Shown: piece after piece, positions 17,143 to 27,769 of the stretch | How the letters are laid out: every line of letters starts with the position of its first letter | How positions within the stretch are numbered: the stretch's first letter is position 1 | DNA from: Pseudidiomarina andamanensis | GTDB lineage: Bacteria > Pseudomonadota > Gammaproteobacteria > Enterobacterales > Alteromonadaceae | Direction of reading: 5' to 3' | Assembly (NCBI RefSeq): GCF_009734345.1 | Contig: NZ_CP032551.1 | Span: forward strand, 2,340,001-2,372,000 | Length of the DNA: 32,000 bases | The notes under the pieces: generated by a model | The model's database searches: none | What the model saw: only the letters and a program-made list of their open reading frames with translations | What the model was told of the DNA's origin: nothing | Translations under genes and position numbers: made by a program

Positions 17143-18326
17143 AACAAGCAAAAAACTTAGGTCTTGCAGCGCTTGCAACCCTCTTTGTGAGTGGTTGTTC
17201 GTTGTTTAGCACCGAAGAAATTACGTACAAAGAGCTACAAAGCTTTGATGTGAAAATTACCCCTCAAGTTGTGTGGGAAACCAGTGTCGGCGACGGCATC
17301 GATGGTTACTTTTCACACTTAAACCCAGTTGTGGTTGGTGACAGCATCATCGCTGCAGACCGCCGTGGTGTGGTCGAAGCGTTTAACCGCGGCAATGGTG
17401 ACTCATTGTGGCGTGTTGATTTACGCAGCGTGTTAGATTTAGAAAAAAGCTCATGGTGGAGCGCCGGCGAACCAATGCGTATTGCAGGCGGCTTGGCAGC
17501 CTCGAATGGCGTGATCTACCTCGGTAGCGAAAACGGCGACGTGGTAGCCATCAATGCCGCTGACGGCAGCGTGAAATGGCACCAAGTAGTCCGCTCAGAA
17601 ATCATGTCAGACCCGGCTATTGGCGGTGGTTTCGTTGTCGTAAAAGGTTCCACCGGTGAAGTGATTGCACTCAATGAAGAAACCGGCGAAGAGCTATGGA
17701 AGCATGTTAGCGAAACCCCAGCGTTGTCATTGCGTGGCACCTCGTCACCCGTGTACGAGCAGGGCGGTATCTTCGTTGGTACCTCAACCGGTAAAGTGAT
17801 TGTACTCATTGCTGAGAATGGCCAACCAGCGTGGGAAGCGCGTTTAGCTATCCCTAGTGGTACCACTGAGTTACAGCGTTTAGTTGATGTTGACTCACGC
17901 CCAGTTTTAGCTGGCCGCTTTGTTTACAACGTTGCGTACAACGGTGCGTTGGCAGCTATTGAAGCGAACACCGGTGAAATTGCTTGGCGTCGTGATTATT
18001 CGTCGTATCAAAACGTGTTATTTGCAGGCGGTCGCTTGTTCGTGACTGACGCTGATGACGCGGTGTCGGCGCTTGATGCTCAAGGCGGTGTCGAAATGTG
18101 GTCGAATAACGACTACAACGGCCGTCATGTGACATCGCCTGTGCGTTTCGGTGACTACATTGTGGTTGGCGATCGCTTTGGATATTTGCACTTTATTAAT
18201 TTACTAAGCGGCGTCACGGAAGGTCGTTTAGAAGTGGGTGACGACGTCTACACCGCACCAATTGTGGTTGACGACACCCTTTATGTTCAGTTACGCGACG
18301 GCAGTTTACTCGCGGTAAGGATTTAA
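17139..18326 (+). CDS. bamB: Outer membrane protein assembly factor BamB (PQQ-like beta-propeller lipoprotein)
   Basis: It has a lipobox (LFVSGC) and repeated beta-propeller blades with W/G-rich motifs. The yfgM-bamB-der synteny supports the call. Confidence 0.88.
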   Translation: MKQAKNLGLAALATLFVSGCSLFSTEEITYKELQSFDVKITPQVVWETSVGDGIDGYFSHLNPVVVGDSIIAADRRGVVEAFNRGNGDSLWRVDLRSVLDLEKSSWWSAGEPMRIAGGLAASNGVIYLGSENGDVVAINAADGSVKWHQVVRSEIMSDPAIGGGFVVVKGSTGEVIALNEETGEELWKHVSETPALSLRGTSSPVYEQGGIFVGTSTGKVIVLIAENGQPAWEARLAIPSGTTELQRLVDVDSRPVLAGRFVYNVAYNGALAAIEANTGEIAWRRDYSSYQNVLFAGGRLFVTDADDAVSALDAQGGVEMWSNNDYNGRHVTSPVRFGDYIVVGDRFGYLHFINLLSGVTEGRLEVGDDVYTAPIVVDDTLYVQLRDGSLLAVRI

Positions 18327-18332
18327 CACGAT

Positions 18333-19931
18333 ATGTTACCCGTAGTTGCCCTGGTAGGGCGCCCGAATGTGGGCAAATCAACCTTGTTTAATCGGCTTAC
18401 CCGTACTCGGGACGCCTTGGTTGCAGACTTTCCTGGCTTAACGCGAGACAGAAAATACGGCCAGGCCAACTACGACGGTTACCAATTTATTGTCATCGAC
18501 ACCGCTGGTGTTCACGGTGACGAAGAAGGCATTGATGCTGAAATGGCATCGCAGTCATTGCGCGCCATTGATGAAGCAGACGTGGTGCTGTTCATGGTTG
18601 ACGCACGCGATGGTATTACTGCTGCCGACATGGGCATCGCTGCGCATTTGCGCCGCCTTGGCAAAAAGGCTTACGTGGTCGCCAATAAAATCGATGGTAT
18701 TGATTCCAACGCTGCCCGCGCTGACTTCTTCGAACTTGGCTTAGGCGACGTGCACGGTATTGCCGCCGCACACGGCCGTGGCGTCGAACAATTGCTACAA
18801 GAATGTTTTGACCCGCTGTTAGAAGAATATCCAGGTGTCGTAGCCCGTCGTTCCACGACGGGTGACGAAGTCGTTAATCTCGACGCCGAAGGCAATCTAG
18901 TCAATGCCGAAGGTGAAATTGTCGAACCCGACGAGGACGGCAACGTCTACGACGCCGACGGCAACATTGTCGACGCCGATGGCAACATCATCGATCACGA
19001 AGGCAATATCATTGGCCAACTCGGTGATCGTAGCCACGACGAAATTGATTACGACGCACTGCCATTAAAACTCGCCATTGTCGGCCGCCCGAACGTGGGC
19101 AAGTCAACGCTGACCAACCGCATTCTTGGTGAAGAACGGGTAGTGGTATACGACATGCCAGGCACCACCCGTGATTCAATTTATATTCCAATGGAGCGCG
19201 AAGGTCGCCAATACATCCTAATCGACACCGCTGGTGTGCGTCGCCGTGGTCGTATCGACGAAACTGTCGAAAAATTCTCGGTGATTAAAACCCTGCAAGC
19301 GATTGAAGATGCGAACGTGGTCATCGCCGTTATTGATGCGCGCGAAACCGTCTCCGATCAAGACCTAAACCTGATTGGTTTCGCTTTGAACGCTGGCCGT
19401 TCAATCGTCATCGCCGTCAACAAATGGGATGGCTTGTCGCATGATCACCGCGAAGAAATTAAACGCGAACTCGATCGCCGCTTAGGCTTTGTCGATTTCG
19501 CTCGCGTACACTTTATCTCAGCCCTGCACGGCAGTGGCGTTGGTAATTTGTTCGAATCGGTGCTTGAAGCTTATGCCTCAGCATCGGCGCGTGTTGGCAC
19601 CGCCAAATTAACGCGTATTTTGGAAACCGCAGTAGAAGATCATCAACCACCATTGGTGAGCGGACGCCGCGTCAAACTCAAGTACGCCCACGCCGGCGGC
19701 TACAACCCGCCACGCGTCATTATTCACGGCAACCAAGTTGACTCGCTACCAGGCTCGTACAAACGCTATCTGATGAATTACTTCCGTAAATCATTAGGCG
19801 TGATGGGCACCCCCATCAAAATCGAATTCCGCGAATCCGTCAACCCATACGCCGGTCGCAAAAACCAGCTCACGCTCTCGCAAACCCGCAAGCGCAAGCG
19901 CCTCATGAAGTTCCTAAAGAAGAAAAAGTAG
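18333..19931 (+). CDS. der: Ribosome-biogenesis GTPase Der (EngA), with an expanded inter-domain linker
   Basis: It has two GTPase domains (two [10 protein letters not shown]-loops, two DTAG motifs, two NKxD motifs) and a KH-like C-terminal domain with a basic tail. Confidence 0.95.
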   Translation: MLPVVALVGRPNVGKSTLFNRLTRTRDALVADFPGLTRDRKYGQANYDGYQFIVIDTAGVHGDEEGIDAEMASQSLRAIDEADVVLFMVDARDGITAADMGIAAHLRRLGKKAYVVANKIDGIDSNAARADFFELGLGDVHGIAAAHGRGVEQLLQECFDPLLEEYPGVVARRSTTGDEVVNLDAEGNLVNAEGEIVEPDEDGNVYDADGNIVDADGNIIDHEGNIIGQLGDRSHDEIDYDALPLKLAIVGRPNVGKSTLTNRILGEERVVVYDMPGTTRDSIYIPMEREGRQYILIDTAGVRRRGRIDETVEKFSVIKTLQAIEDANVVIAVIDARETVSDQDLNLIGFALNAGRSIVIAVNKWDGLSHDHREEIKRELDRRLGFVDFARVHFISALHGSGVGNLFESVLEAYASASARVGTAKLTRILETAVEDHQPPLVSGRRVKLKYAHAGGYNPPRVIIHGNQVDSLPGSYKRYLMNYFRKSLGVMGTPIKIEFRESVNPYAGRKNQLTLSQTRKRKRLMKFLKKKK

Positions 19932-19999
19932 CCCGAATAGCATACATAGAACCCCTGAGTTTTGTGGACTATGTATGTGTTACCCATCTTTAAAACATG

Positions 20000-20068
20000 T
20001 GTTCAGTTGCATCAAAAAAGTTACATTTAGAGGGGCTGTTTTTGTAACTTTTTTGATGCAACTGAACA
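20000..20068. repeat. Perfect 26-bp inverted repeat (hairpin) in the der-hslR convergent spacer
   Basis: TGTTCAGTTGCATCAAAAAAGTTACA (20000-20025), a 17-nt loop, then TGTAACTTTTTTGATGCAACTGAACA (20043-20068). On the minus strand it is followed by TGTTTTA. Confidence 0.8.
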
Positions 20069-20165
20069 TTCAAAAAAAATAGGGTTGCCATAGTAACGGG
20101 AGTAAATTTACTGTTACTTGGGATACTGGGAATATTCGGAACGCCGACACGGCGAGCGCGTGTAT

Positions 20166-20543
20166 CTAACGGTTTTTGAACTTGATGAGCTCGCGGCGTT
20201 CTTTTTTGTCGGGTTTGTGATCGGGGTGAGGGTTATACAACGCATTCATTTTGCGTAGTTCGGCCTCCTTCTCGCGGCGTGCAATGGAGTCGGCCGTTTC
20301 ACGGTAAATTTCTTGAGCCAACGGCGCGCTGAGGCGGTTTTCGCTCAAACCTAAAACTTCCACTTCGTAGATATCATGGCCCCGTGGAGCTTTGACAATT
20401 TGTCCGACGTTAATAGTTTTCGAGGGTTTGCATCGCTGGCCGTCAACGGTGACTTTGCCCGCTTGCACGACTTGGCGCGCAAGCGAGCGGGTCTTGTAAA
20501 AACGAGCGGCCCAAAGCCATTTGTCGATACGTACAGCGTCCAT
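20166..20543 (-). CDS. hslR: Ribosome-associated heat shock protein Hsp15 (S4 domain)
   Basis: VRIDKWLWAARFYKTRSLA...PDKKERRELIKFK matches the E. coli HslR pattern. It lies directly downstream of hslO. Confidence 0.88.
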   Translation of the reverse strand: MDAVRIDKWLWAARFYKTRSLARQVVQAGKVTVDGQRCKPSKTINVGQIVKAPRGHDIYEVEVLGLSENRLSAPLAQEIYRETADSIARREKEAELRKMNALYNPHPDHKPDKKERRELIKFKNR

Positions 20544-20546
20544 GGG

Positions 20547-21395
20547 TCAGGCGAGGTCGCTTTCGGTGAAGCGATACTGGGTTTGGCAGTAGTCGCAGGT
20601 CATCACCACGGCGCCTTCTTCGGCAATGATTTCGCGCAGCTCTTCCGGTGATACAGACGCTAACGCTTCCAGCGTGCCTTCGCGTGAGCAGCCGCACTTG
20701 AAGCTAACCGGCTGAGCGGGGTACAACTCAACATGCTCTTCATGGTACAAGCGATGTAGTACTTGCTCGCCTGGCAAAGTAAATAATTCAACTGCGCTAA
20801 TGGTGTCGGTTAAGTGCTCAAGGTGCTCGAAGGCTTCCAAGGTCGTGCCTGCTGCAGGCATCACCTGCAGCATCATTCCAGCAGCGTGCTCACCGTCAGC
20901 AAATAGCCAAATACGCGTGCGTAACTGTTCCGATTGCATAAAGTAATCTTCAACCACACCGGCAATCGATAGGTTATCAGCGCTGACGACGCCCTGATAA
21001 CGCTCACCTTCAAGAGGCGTCAATGTAATCACCATCACGGCTTTGGCGCCCATCAAGGTACGTAGGTCGTTCATGTCATCAGCAATTTCTGAGCGCACGC
21101 GGGCAATACCGCGTAGTTCTTGATGATGCGAACCATTAACAGCCACGAAATTCACCGGACCATCGCCTTGAATTTGAACAGAAATATGGCCTTCAAACTT
21201 CAAGGTTGCGGTTAATAAAGAAGCGGCAGCCATTAATTCACCCAACAAGCGTTGAACTGGCGCTGGGTAATCGTGTCCTAGAATCATGCGTTGATAACTG
21301 GTGCTCAATTGCACGAGTTCGCCACGCACGTCTTGCTCTAAAAACGTATAGCGCAACAGCTTATCGGTCGGGTAATGGGTATCGTTTTTGCTCAT
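20547..21395 (-). CDS. hslO: Redox-regulated chaperone Hsp33
   Basis: C-terminal zinc-centre motifs are present (CGCS ... CDYC). The start is at the internal ATG 21395 (MSKNDTHYP...), giving 282 aa. The 76-aa upstream extension in the track ORF has no Hsp33 similarity and runs into the gspC promoter region. Confidence 0.9.
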   Translation of the reverse strand: MSKNDTHYPTDKLLRYTFLEQDVRGELVQLSTSYQRMILGHDYPAPVQRLLGELMAAASLLTATLKFEGHISVQIQGDGPVNFVAVNGSHHQELRGIARVRSEIADDMNDLRTLMGAKAVMVITLTPLEGERYQGVVSADNLSIAGVVEDYFMQSEQLRTRIWLFADGEHAAGMMLQVMPAAGTTLEAFEHLEHLTDTISAVELFTLPGEQVLHRLYHEEHVELYPAQPVSFKCGCSREGTLEALASVSPEELREIIAEEGAVVMTCDYCQTQYRFTESDLA

Positions 21396-21545
21396 GGTGA
21401 TAATACGTCTGTCATACTTGTGTAAAAAAGTGGCGGCATTATACCAGAATCCTCGAATTTGATCTGTTCTCTTGTGTATAGTAAGGCTAGAATGACCAAA
21501 AGACGCACATGTCACATAATTATAACGAAAGCGTAGTATTAACCC

Positions 21546-22451
21546 ATGCAGATACAGAACACGCACGTCAACGCAATAATTACTGCGGTTTGCGCAGTAG
21601 CGGCAGTATGGTTGGGCGCGCAACTAACCTGGCAGCTAATTACGCCTGCCAGCGAGGTGCCTTCGGGACCGATTCAAGTTACCACACAAAGTGCTGAGTC
21701 ATCGTACTCAGCGCGTTCTATTGTTGCGCTCGATTTATTTGGTGCCGCCTCAGAAGCAACACCACAAGCAGCATCGAATGCGCCAAAAACATCGCTGAAT
21801 ATCCGCTTGTTAGGTGTGTCTGCATCAAACGTGCCTGAACGCTCCGCTGCAATTATTGAACGCAGCGGCAAGCAAGAAGTCTACGTGATGGGTGACAAGC
21901 TGGAAGGTACCCAAGTTATTATTAAAGAAATCTATGCTGATCGGGTAATTCTGGATAATAACGGTCGCCTTGAAACGCTCGAGTTAGAAGGCATTGGCGA
22001 GCTCAGTGAAGGGCTGTCGTTAACCATGGCGAACATGACTGGCAACGTGGTTCGTACGTCTGGCCGTGCTGTACGCGAGGGTGGTTCAAGCCCAAGTCGC
22101 AGTACCAGCGATACCCAAATCACCGCGTCAGATGTCAACCCTGAAAGTCTTCTCGAATTTATTCAAATTACTCCTGTACGGGGCGGAAGTGGCATACGAG
22201 GCTATCGATTAAGTGCCGGTAAAAATCCTGAACTGTTCCGCCAAGCAGGTTTTCGTGACGGCGATTTAGCCGTCGCGATTAATGGGCAAGATTTAACGAA
22301 TATAAGTACCGCGATGAAAATCACCAGCGAACTCGGTGATATGACACAAGCCACAGTCACTGTGCTACGCGGCAATGAATCGGTCGACTTGCAACTCGAT
22401 ATTCGAGACCTTCCTAGCGAAGTCGTGCAAGACCAAGATCAAGGGAATTAA
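21546..22451 (+). CDS. gspC: Type II secretion system protein GspC (TM + HR + PDZ)
   Basis: It has an N-terminal TM helix (AIITAVCAVAAVWLGAQL) and a C-terminal PDZ-like segment (GYRLSAGKNPELFRQAGFRDGDLAVAING). It is the first gene before gspD. The SD is weak. Confidence 0.8.
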   Translation: MQIQNTHVNAIITAVCAVAAVWLGAQLTWQLITPASEVPSGPIQVTTQSAESSYSARSIVALDLFGAASEATPQAASNAPKTSLNIRLLGVSASNVPERSAAIIERSGKQEVYVMGDKLEGTQVIIKEIYADRVILDNNGRLETLELEGIGELSEGLSLTMANMTGNVVRTSGRAVREGGSSPSRSTSDTQITASDVNPESLLEFIQITPVRGGSGIRGYRLSAGKNPELFRQAGFRDGDLAVAINGQDLTNISTAMKITSELGDMTQATVTVLRGNESVDLQLDIRDLPSEVVQDQDQGN

Positions 22452-22460
22452 GGGATAAGT

Positions 22461-24569
22461 ATGCGTAAAACCTCATTGGCATTGGCCATCACACTCGGCG
22501 CCGCGCTTTCGGGAACCTTCCACGATGTGAGTGCGCAGCAATCACGCCAGGCGACGCAGCAACAACGCCAAACTGCAGACGAACCGGTTGAATACGCCGC
22601 TAGTTTCAAAAACACCGATATCACTGAATTTATTCAGGTGGTGGGACGCAACTTAGGCCGCACTATTATTATCGATCCGGATGTGCGCGGCCGCATTGAC
22701 GTACGCAGTTATGATGTGATGAACGAAAGCCAGTACTGGCAGTTCTTCTTGAACGTGCTGGATGTATATGGCTTCGCAACTATCGAAATGGAATCCGGTG
22801 TGATTAAAGTCATGCGCGACAAAGACGCACGCAACGGTGCGATTCCGGTGGTCGATGATAACTCGCTTGGTGGCGATACCTTGATTACCCGCGTAGTGCC
22901 TGTGGCGAACGTCAGCGTGCGCGAATTGGCGCCGTTATTACGCTTATTGAACGACCAAAGCGGTGGCGGCAACGTGGTGAGCTATGATCCATCCAACGTG
23001 ATTATGATCACCGGTCGTAGCGAAACCGTGCAGCGCTTGGTGGAAATTATCGAACGCGTTGATCGCGCGGGTGACCAAGACGTAACGGTGGTGAAACTTG
23101 AATTTGCATCGGCGTCAGAAGTGGTGCGTATTGCTTTAAGTTTGTTTGAGAAAGCGAATGATGGCACACCGCCATTGTTGATTCCCAAAATTGTTGCCGA
23201 TGAGCGAACCAATAGCGTCGTCATCAGCGGCGAGCCGCGTGCGCGTGAACGCGTGATGAAGCTGATTAATCAGCTCGATCAAGATTTGAAGACCGAAGGC
23301 AATACGCGCGTCTACTACTTAAAGTACGCGAAAGCTGAAGAGCTGGTGGATGTGTTGCAAGGTGTTAGTCAAAGTTTGCAGGCTGAAAAAGAATCAGCAT
23401 CGAACGCAGCCGGCACAACTGCAGCCGCGCGTCGCTCAAGTTCATCAAACGGTCAAATTTCAATTAGCGCGCATGATGCATCGAATTCATTGGTGATAAC
23501 CGCACAGCCAGACTTGTTAGCCAGCCTTGAAAGTGTGATTCGTCAACTCGACATTCGCCGCGCGCAGGTGCACGTTGAAGCGATTATCGTTGAGATTATG
23601 GAAGGCGATGGCGTCGATTTCGGTCTGCAATGGATTAGCGAAGACGGCGGTATGGTGCAATACAACAACGGTCGCCAAGCACCAATTGGTCAGGTGGCTG
23701 CGGGTGCGTATTTGGCGCGCGAACAGCCAGGCACCGAAACCACTACCATTGTCGATGGCAACGTGGTGACCACGCGTGAACCGGACCGTCCAGGCGATGT
23801 GTCGTTGTTGGCGCAAGTGCTGCAGAACGTGAATGGCATGATGATTGGTGTGGTGAAGAATGACTGGGGTGCCATTTTGCAAGCGGTAACCACCAATACG
23901 AATTCAAATATTTTGGCAACGCCATCAATTATGACGGTCGATAACGAAGAAGCGTCGTTCTTGGTCGGCCAGTCAGTGCCAACAATTACCGGTTCAACCA
24001 CTGGTTCAAATAACGACAATCCGTTCCAAACCGTCGAACGTGAAGACGTGGGTATTAAATTGAAGGTTACGCCGCAAATTAACGAAGGCAGCGGCGTACA
24101 GCTTGTGATTGAGCAGGAAGTATCAAGCATCAGCGGTGCCACCTCGGTCGATATCACCATCAACAAACGTGAATTGAAAACCGTAGTGATGGCTGACGAT
24201 GGTGAAACCATTGTACTTGGCGGCTTAATTGACGAAGACGTACAGGAATCGGAATCGAAAGTACCAATTTTGGGCGATATTCCGTTCTTGGGACATCTGT
24301 TCAAGAGCACCTCTACGTCACGTCAAAAACGGAACTTGATGGTGTTCTTGCGTCCGACCATTGTGCGTGATGGTGGGGTAGCCACGCAGATCTCGTCGCG
24401 TAAATACAACTACATTCGCGCCGAGCAATTGAAGGCTCAAGAAGATGGCATTTCGTTGATGCCGCTAACCGACCAACCCGTATTACCAGAGTGGGATGGC
24501 CCGTTAACCTTACCGCCTTCGTTCGAAAAATACATGGAAGAAGAGAAAAAGGGCAGTGGTAATGACTGA
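22461..24569 (+). CDS. gspD: Type II secretion system secretin GspD
   Basis: It has a signal peptide, N0-N3 domains and a secretin domain ([15 protein letters not shown]...[10 protein letters not shown]). Confidence 0.95.
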   Translation: MRKTSLALAITLGAALSGTFHDVSAQQSRQATQQQRQTADEPVEYAASFKNTDITEFIQVVGRNLGRTIIIDPDVRGRIDVRSYDVMNESQYWQFFLNVLDVYGFATIEMESGVIKVMRDKDARNGAIPVVDDNSLGGDTLITRVVPVANVSVRELAPLLRLLNDQSGGGNVVSYDPSNVIMITGRSETVQRLVEIIERVDRAGDQDVTVVKLEFASASEVVRIALSLFEKANDGTPPLLIPKIVADERTNSVVISGEPRARERVMKLINQLDQDLKTEGNTRVYYLKYAKAEELVDVLQGVSQSLQAEKESASNAAGTTAAARRSSSSNGQISISAHDASNSLVITAQPDLLASLESVIRQLDIRRAQVHVEAIIVEIMEGDGVDFGLQWISEDGGMVQYNNGRQAPIGQVAAGAYLAREQPGTETTTIVDGNVVTTREPDRPGDVSLLAQVLQNVNGMMIGVVKNDWGAILQAVTTNTNSNILATPSIMTVDNEEASFLVGQSVPTITGSTTGSNNDNPFQTVEREDVGIKLKVTPQINEGSGVQLVIEQEVSSISGATSVDITINKRELKTVVMADDGETIVLGGLIDEDVQESESKVPILGDIPFLGHLFKSTSTSRQKRNLMVFLRPTIVRDGGVATQISSRKYNYIRAEQLKAQEDGISLMPLTDQPVLPEWDGPLTLPPSFEKYMEEEKKGSGND

Positions 24570-26085
24570 TATCGCGAACGTGGCCGCGCAAGTGGCACCG
24601 CGACGGTTGCCATTTGCGTTTGCGAAACGCCACGGAGTGGTGGTGGCTTTTGCCGGCGCCGCCGATGACGGCACTGCAAATGATGCCATCGTGCATGCGC
24701 GCCATGGTGTAAGCTCGCAAGCTTTGCTCGAAGTGCGTCGCGTATTAGGCGCACCGTTCGTGCTGCAAGAGCACAGCGCTGAAGAATTCGAAGCGATTTT
24801 GACGCAGGCGTATCAGCGCGATTCGTCAGAAGCCAAGCAGTTGATGGAAGATATTGGCAACGAAAGTAATCTATTTTCGCTGGCTGACGAATTACCGCAA
24901 ACTGAAGACTTGTTAGAAAGCGAAGACGACGCGCCAATTATCAAACTCATTAACGCCATGTTGTCAGAGGCCATTAAAGAAGGTGCTTCTGATATCCACA
25001 TTGAAACGTTTGAAAAAGATTTGCTAGTACGCTTTCGTATCGATGGCGTGCTGCGCGAGGTGATTCGTCCGAATCGTAAACTCAGCTCATTGCTCGTGTC
25101 GCGGATTAAGGTTATGGCGCAGCTCGATATCGCTGAGAAGCGTGTACCGCAAGACGGGCGTATTAGTTTGTTGATTGCTGGCCGTGCAGTCGATGTGCGG
25201 GTATCAACCATGCCATCGAATCATGGCGAACGAGTGGTGTTGCGTTTGCTTGATAAAAACAATGCTCGCTTGAACCTCGAACAGCTTGGTATGACCGAAG
25301 CGAACCGGCGTATTTTCTCGCAACTGATTAAAAAGCCACACGGAATTATCTTGGTCACGGGGCCGACGGGCTCGGGTAAATCCACCACCTTGTATGCAGG
25401 CTTGATGGAAATTAACTCGCGTGACCGCAATATTTTGACGGTGGAAGACCCAATTGAGTACTCCATCGAAGGCATTGGCCAAATGCAAGTGAATCCGAAG
25501 GTGAACATGACCTTCGCCCGCGGTTTACGTGCTATTTTGCGTCAAGACCCTGATGTGGTGATGGTGGGTGAGATACGAGACGTCGAAACCGCGCAAATTG
25601 GTGTGCAGGCGTCGTTAACGGGTCACTTAGTACTATCGACCCTACACACGAATACGGCTGCTGGCGCAATTACACGCTTGGAAGATATGGGCGTAGAACC
25701 ATTCTTGCTTTCATCATCGTTGTTAGCTGTGCTGGCGCAGCGTTTGGTGCGCACCTTGTGCGACGATTGTAAAGAGCCGTATCAGGCCTCCGCTGACGAA
25801 CTTGCCTATGTTGCAGACGCAGCGGTAGACGGCGGTGCGCAGTTGTATCGTGCGGTGGGCTGTGAAAAATGTAATCACACCGGTTATCGCGGGCGTACCG
25901 GTATTCATGAATTATTGGTGGTAGATGAGCGCGTACGTGAGTTGATTCATAACGGCCACGGCGAGCAAGCGATTGAAAAATATGTGCGTGCTTTAGCGCC
26001 ATCCATTCGTGACGATGGTTTGGCGAAAGTGATTGCCGGCGTCACCACCTTAGAAGAAGTTTTGCGCGTAACGCGCGAGGAGTAA
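24562..26085 (+). CDS. gspE: Type II secretion ATPase GspE
   Basis: It has Walker [10 protein letters not shown], Asp/His boxes and a tetracysteine motif (CDDC...CEKC). The ATG at 24562 overlaps the gspD stop (ATGACTGA). The track's GTG 24556 is an alternative start. Confidence 0.95.
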   Translation: MTDIANVAAQVAPRRLPFAFAKRHGVVVAFAGAADDGTANDAIVHARHGVSSQALLEVRRVLGAPFVLQEHSAEEFEAILTQAYQRDSSEAKQLMEDIGNESNLFSLADELPQTEDLLESEDDAPIIKLINAMLSEAIKEGASDIHIETFEKDLLVRFRIDGVLREVIRPNRKLSSLLVSRIKVMAQLDIAEKRVPQDGRISLLIAGRAVDVRVSTMPSNHGERVVLRLLDKNNARLNLEQLGMTEANRRIFSQLIKKPHGIILVTGPTGSGKSTTLYAGLMEINSRDRNILTVEDPIEYSIEGIGQMQVNPKVNMTFARGLRAILRQDPDVVMVGEIRDVETAQIGVQASLTGHLVLSTLHTNTAAGAITRLEDMGVEPFLLSSSLLAVLAQRLVRTLCDDCKEPYQASADELAYVADAAVDGGAQLYRAVGCEKCNHTGYRGRTGIHELLVVDERVRELIHNGHGEQAIEKYVRALAPSIRDDGLAKVIAGVTTLEEVLRVTREE

Positions 26086-26088
26086 CCG

Positions 26089-27339
26089 GTGGCAGCGTAT
26101 GCATTTCAGGCGTTAAACGCTAGCGGCCGCAAAACCAAAGGCGTCATTGAAGCTGATACCGAACGTCAGGTGCGCGCACAATTGCGCGAGCAGGGGCTGA
26201 TTCCTGTTGCTGTTGAATTGGCAGAGGAGGGGACCAGTCCCAAAGCCGGAGCTAGATCCGGAGCTGGGCCTGCACCCCTCCTCAAACGCTTGCAAACGCG
26301 CGGTGTTGGCGCAGCCGATTTAGCCCTGATTACCCGCCAATTAGCGACGTTAGTCTCGGCGGCACTGCCAATTGAGCAAGCGTTGTTTGCGGTATCTGAG
26401 CAGACCGACAAGCCACGATTACAAAAACTGATCATGGCGGTACGCTCGAAAGTGGTCGAAGGCTATTCGTTAGCAGAAGCCATGTCGGAATATCCGCATG
26501 TGTTCGATAAGTTATTTACCGCGATGGTGGCAGCCGGCGAGCGCTCTGGGCACTTAGACGAAGTGCTGAATCGCTTGGCTGATTACACCGAACAGCGTAA
26601 CCGGCTCAAAGGCCAATTAGTGCAAGCGCTGGTGTATCCAACTATTTTGACACTGGTTGCCATTGGCGTGATTATTTTCCTGTTAGTGAGTGTGGTGCCA
26701 CAAATTGTGGAACAATTTAGCGGGCTTGACCAAGACTTACCGCCAACCACCACCTTCTTATTAGCGGTAAGTCAATTCTTACAAAATTATGGGCTGTTTC
26801 TACTGGGGATAATTCTAGTGGGGTTAGTGGTGGGCTCCCAATTATTGCGTAAGCCATCACGGCGAGACAAATTCGATGCCTGGGTATTGAAAGTGCCGCT
26901 GTTTGGGCGTGTGATTAAAGGCGTGAACACCGCTCGTTTTGCTCGTACGCTGAGTATTTTAGCTGCTTCGGCAGTACCTTTATTAGACGGGTTACGAATT
27001 ACCGGCCGCGTGTTAACGAATCGTGCCATGCAAATTGCTGTCGAAGAAGCCTGCGACCGCGTGCGTGAGGGCTCATCGTTACGCGCCGCACTCGCCCAAA
27101 CCAAATTATTTCCGCCAATGATGCTTCACATGATTGCCGCCGGCGAAAAATCAGGCGAACTCGAACAATTACTCGGCCGCGCCGCCGATAACCAAGATCG
27201 CGATTTCGAAACCACCATGAACGTGGCGCTAAAAATATTTGAACCGGCACTGATCGTTGTCATGGCTGGCGTGGTCTTATTGATTGTACTTGCCATCATT
27301 CAACCAATACTTGAGCTCAACCAAAGCGTAGGACTTTAA
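26089..27339 (+). CDS. gspF: Type II secretion inner-membrane platform protein GspF
   Basis: It uses a GTG start. The N-terminus is MAAYAFQALNASGRKTKGVIEAD, followed by two GspF repeats and three TM segments. It contains a 60-nt repeat-derived insert (codons 46-65). Confidence 0.95.
   Translation: MAAYAFQALNASGRKTKGVIEADTERQVRAQLREQGLIPVAVELAEEGTSPKAGARSGAGPAPLLKRLQTRGVGAADLALITRQLATLVSAALPIEQALFAVSEQTDKPRLQKLIMAVRSKVVEGYSLAEAMSEYPHVFDKLFTAMVAAGERSGHLDEVLNRLADYTEQRNRLKGQLVQALVYPTILTLVAIGVIIFLLVSVVPQIVEQFSGLDQDLPPTTTFLLAVSQFLQNYGLFLLGIILVGLVVGSQLLRKPSRRDKFDAWVLKVPLFGRVIKGVNTARFARTLSILAASAVPLLDGLRITGRVLTNRAMQIAVEEACDRVREGSSLRAALAQTKLFPPMMLHMIAAGEKSGELEQLLGRAADNQDRDFETTMNVALKIFEPALIVVMAGVVLLIVLAIIQPILELNQSVGL
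26224..26283. repeat. GC-rich palindromic element, long variant P8, in-frame inside gspF
   Basis: The sequence is GAGGAGGGGACCAGTCCCAAAGCCGGAGCTAGATCCGGAGCTGGGCCTGCACCCCTCCTC. It has perfect 9-bp terminal inverted repeats (GAGGAGGGG/CCCCTCCTC). It is exactly 60 nt and starts on a codon boundary (gspF codons 46-65). Confidence 0.7.
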
Positions 27340-27348
27340 GGGAAAACC

Positions 27349-27765
27349 ATGAAAAAACAATCCGCATTCAGCCTTATCGAAGTAATGGTCGTTATCGCCA
27401 TTCTCGGCCTGTTAGCCTCATTAATTTTGCCAAACGTGCTCGGCTCAGCAGACCAAGCCAACCGCCAAAAAGCGCGCACCGACATCATTGCGCTGGAAAA
27501 TGCCTTGGCACAATATCGTCTTGATAACGGCACCTTCCCATCTACTGAGCAAGGCCTCGAAGCGTTAATAGAAGAACCAAACGTTGATCCGCGCCCACGT
27601 AACTACCGTCGCGGCGGCTACATCCAGCGTTTACCTGCCGACCCATGGGGCAACGAATACTTGTTATTAAGCCCAGGTGAATTCGGCGATATCGACATCT
27701 TCTCTGCTGGCCCAGATGGTCAAACCGGCACCGACGACGACATCGGCAACTGGAACATCGAGTAG
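27349..27765 (+). CDS. gspG: Major pseudopilin GspG
   Basis: A prepilin leader is followed by FSLIEVMVVIAILGLLA. The C-terminal GspG motifs DPWGNEY and GPDG are present. Confidence 0.95.
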   Translation: MKKQSAFSLIEVMVVIAILGLLASLILPNVLGSADQANRQKARTDIIALENALAQYRLDNGTFPSTEQGLEALIEEPNVDPRPRNYRRGGYIQRLPADPWGNEYLLLSPGEFGDIDIFSAGPDGQTGTDDDIGNWNIE

Positions 27766-27769
27766 CACT

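Noticed and set aside
19941-19977. A 9-bp hairpin after der could be a canonical intrinsic terminator.
   Set aside because: The stem is AT-rich, the loop is 19 nt and no U-tract follows. It is too weak to call a terminator.
21396-21623. A 76-aa N-terminal extension of hslO appears in the ORF track.
   Set aside because: It is Cys/Arg/Tyr-rich and unlike Hsp33. It overlaps the start of gspC on the other strand. Hsp33 homology starts at ATG 21395.
23690-24937. Minus-strand ORFs (23690-24310, 24313-24720, 24437-24937) lie opposite gspD and gspE.
   Set aside because: These are shadow ORFs within well-supported secretin and ATPase genes. Their translations are low-complexity.
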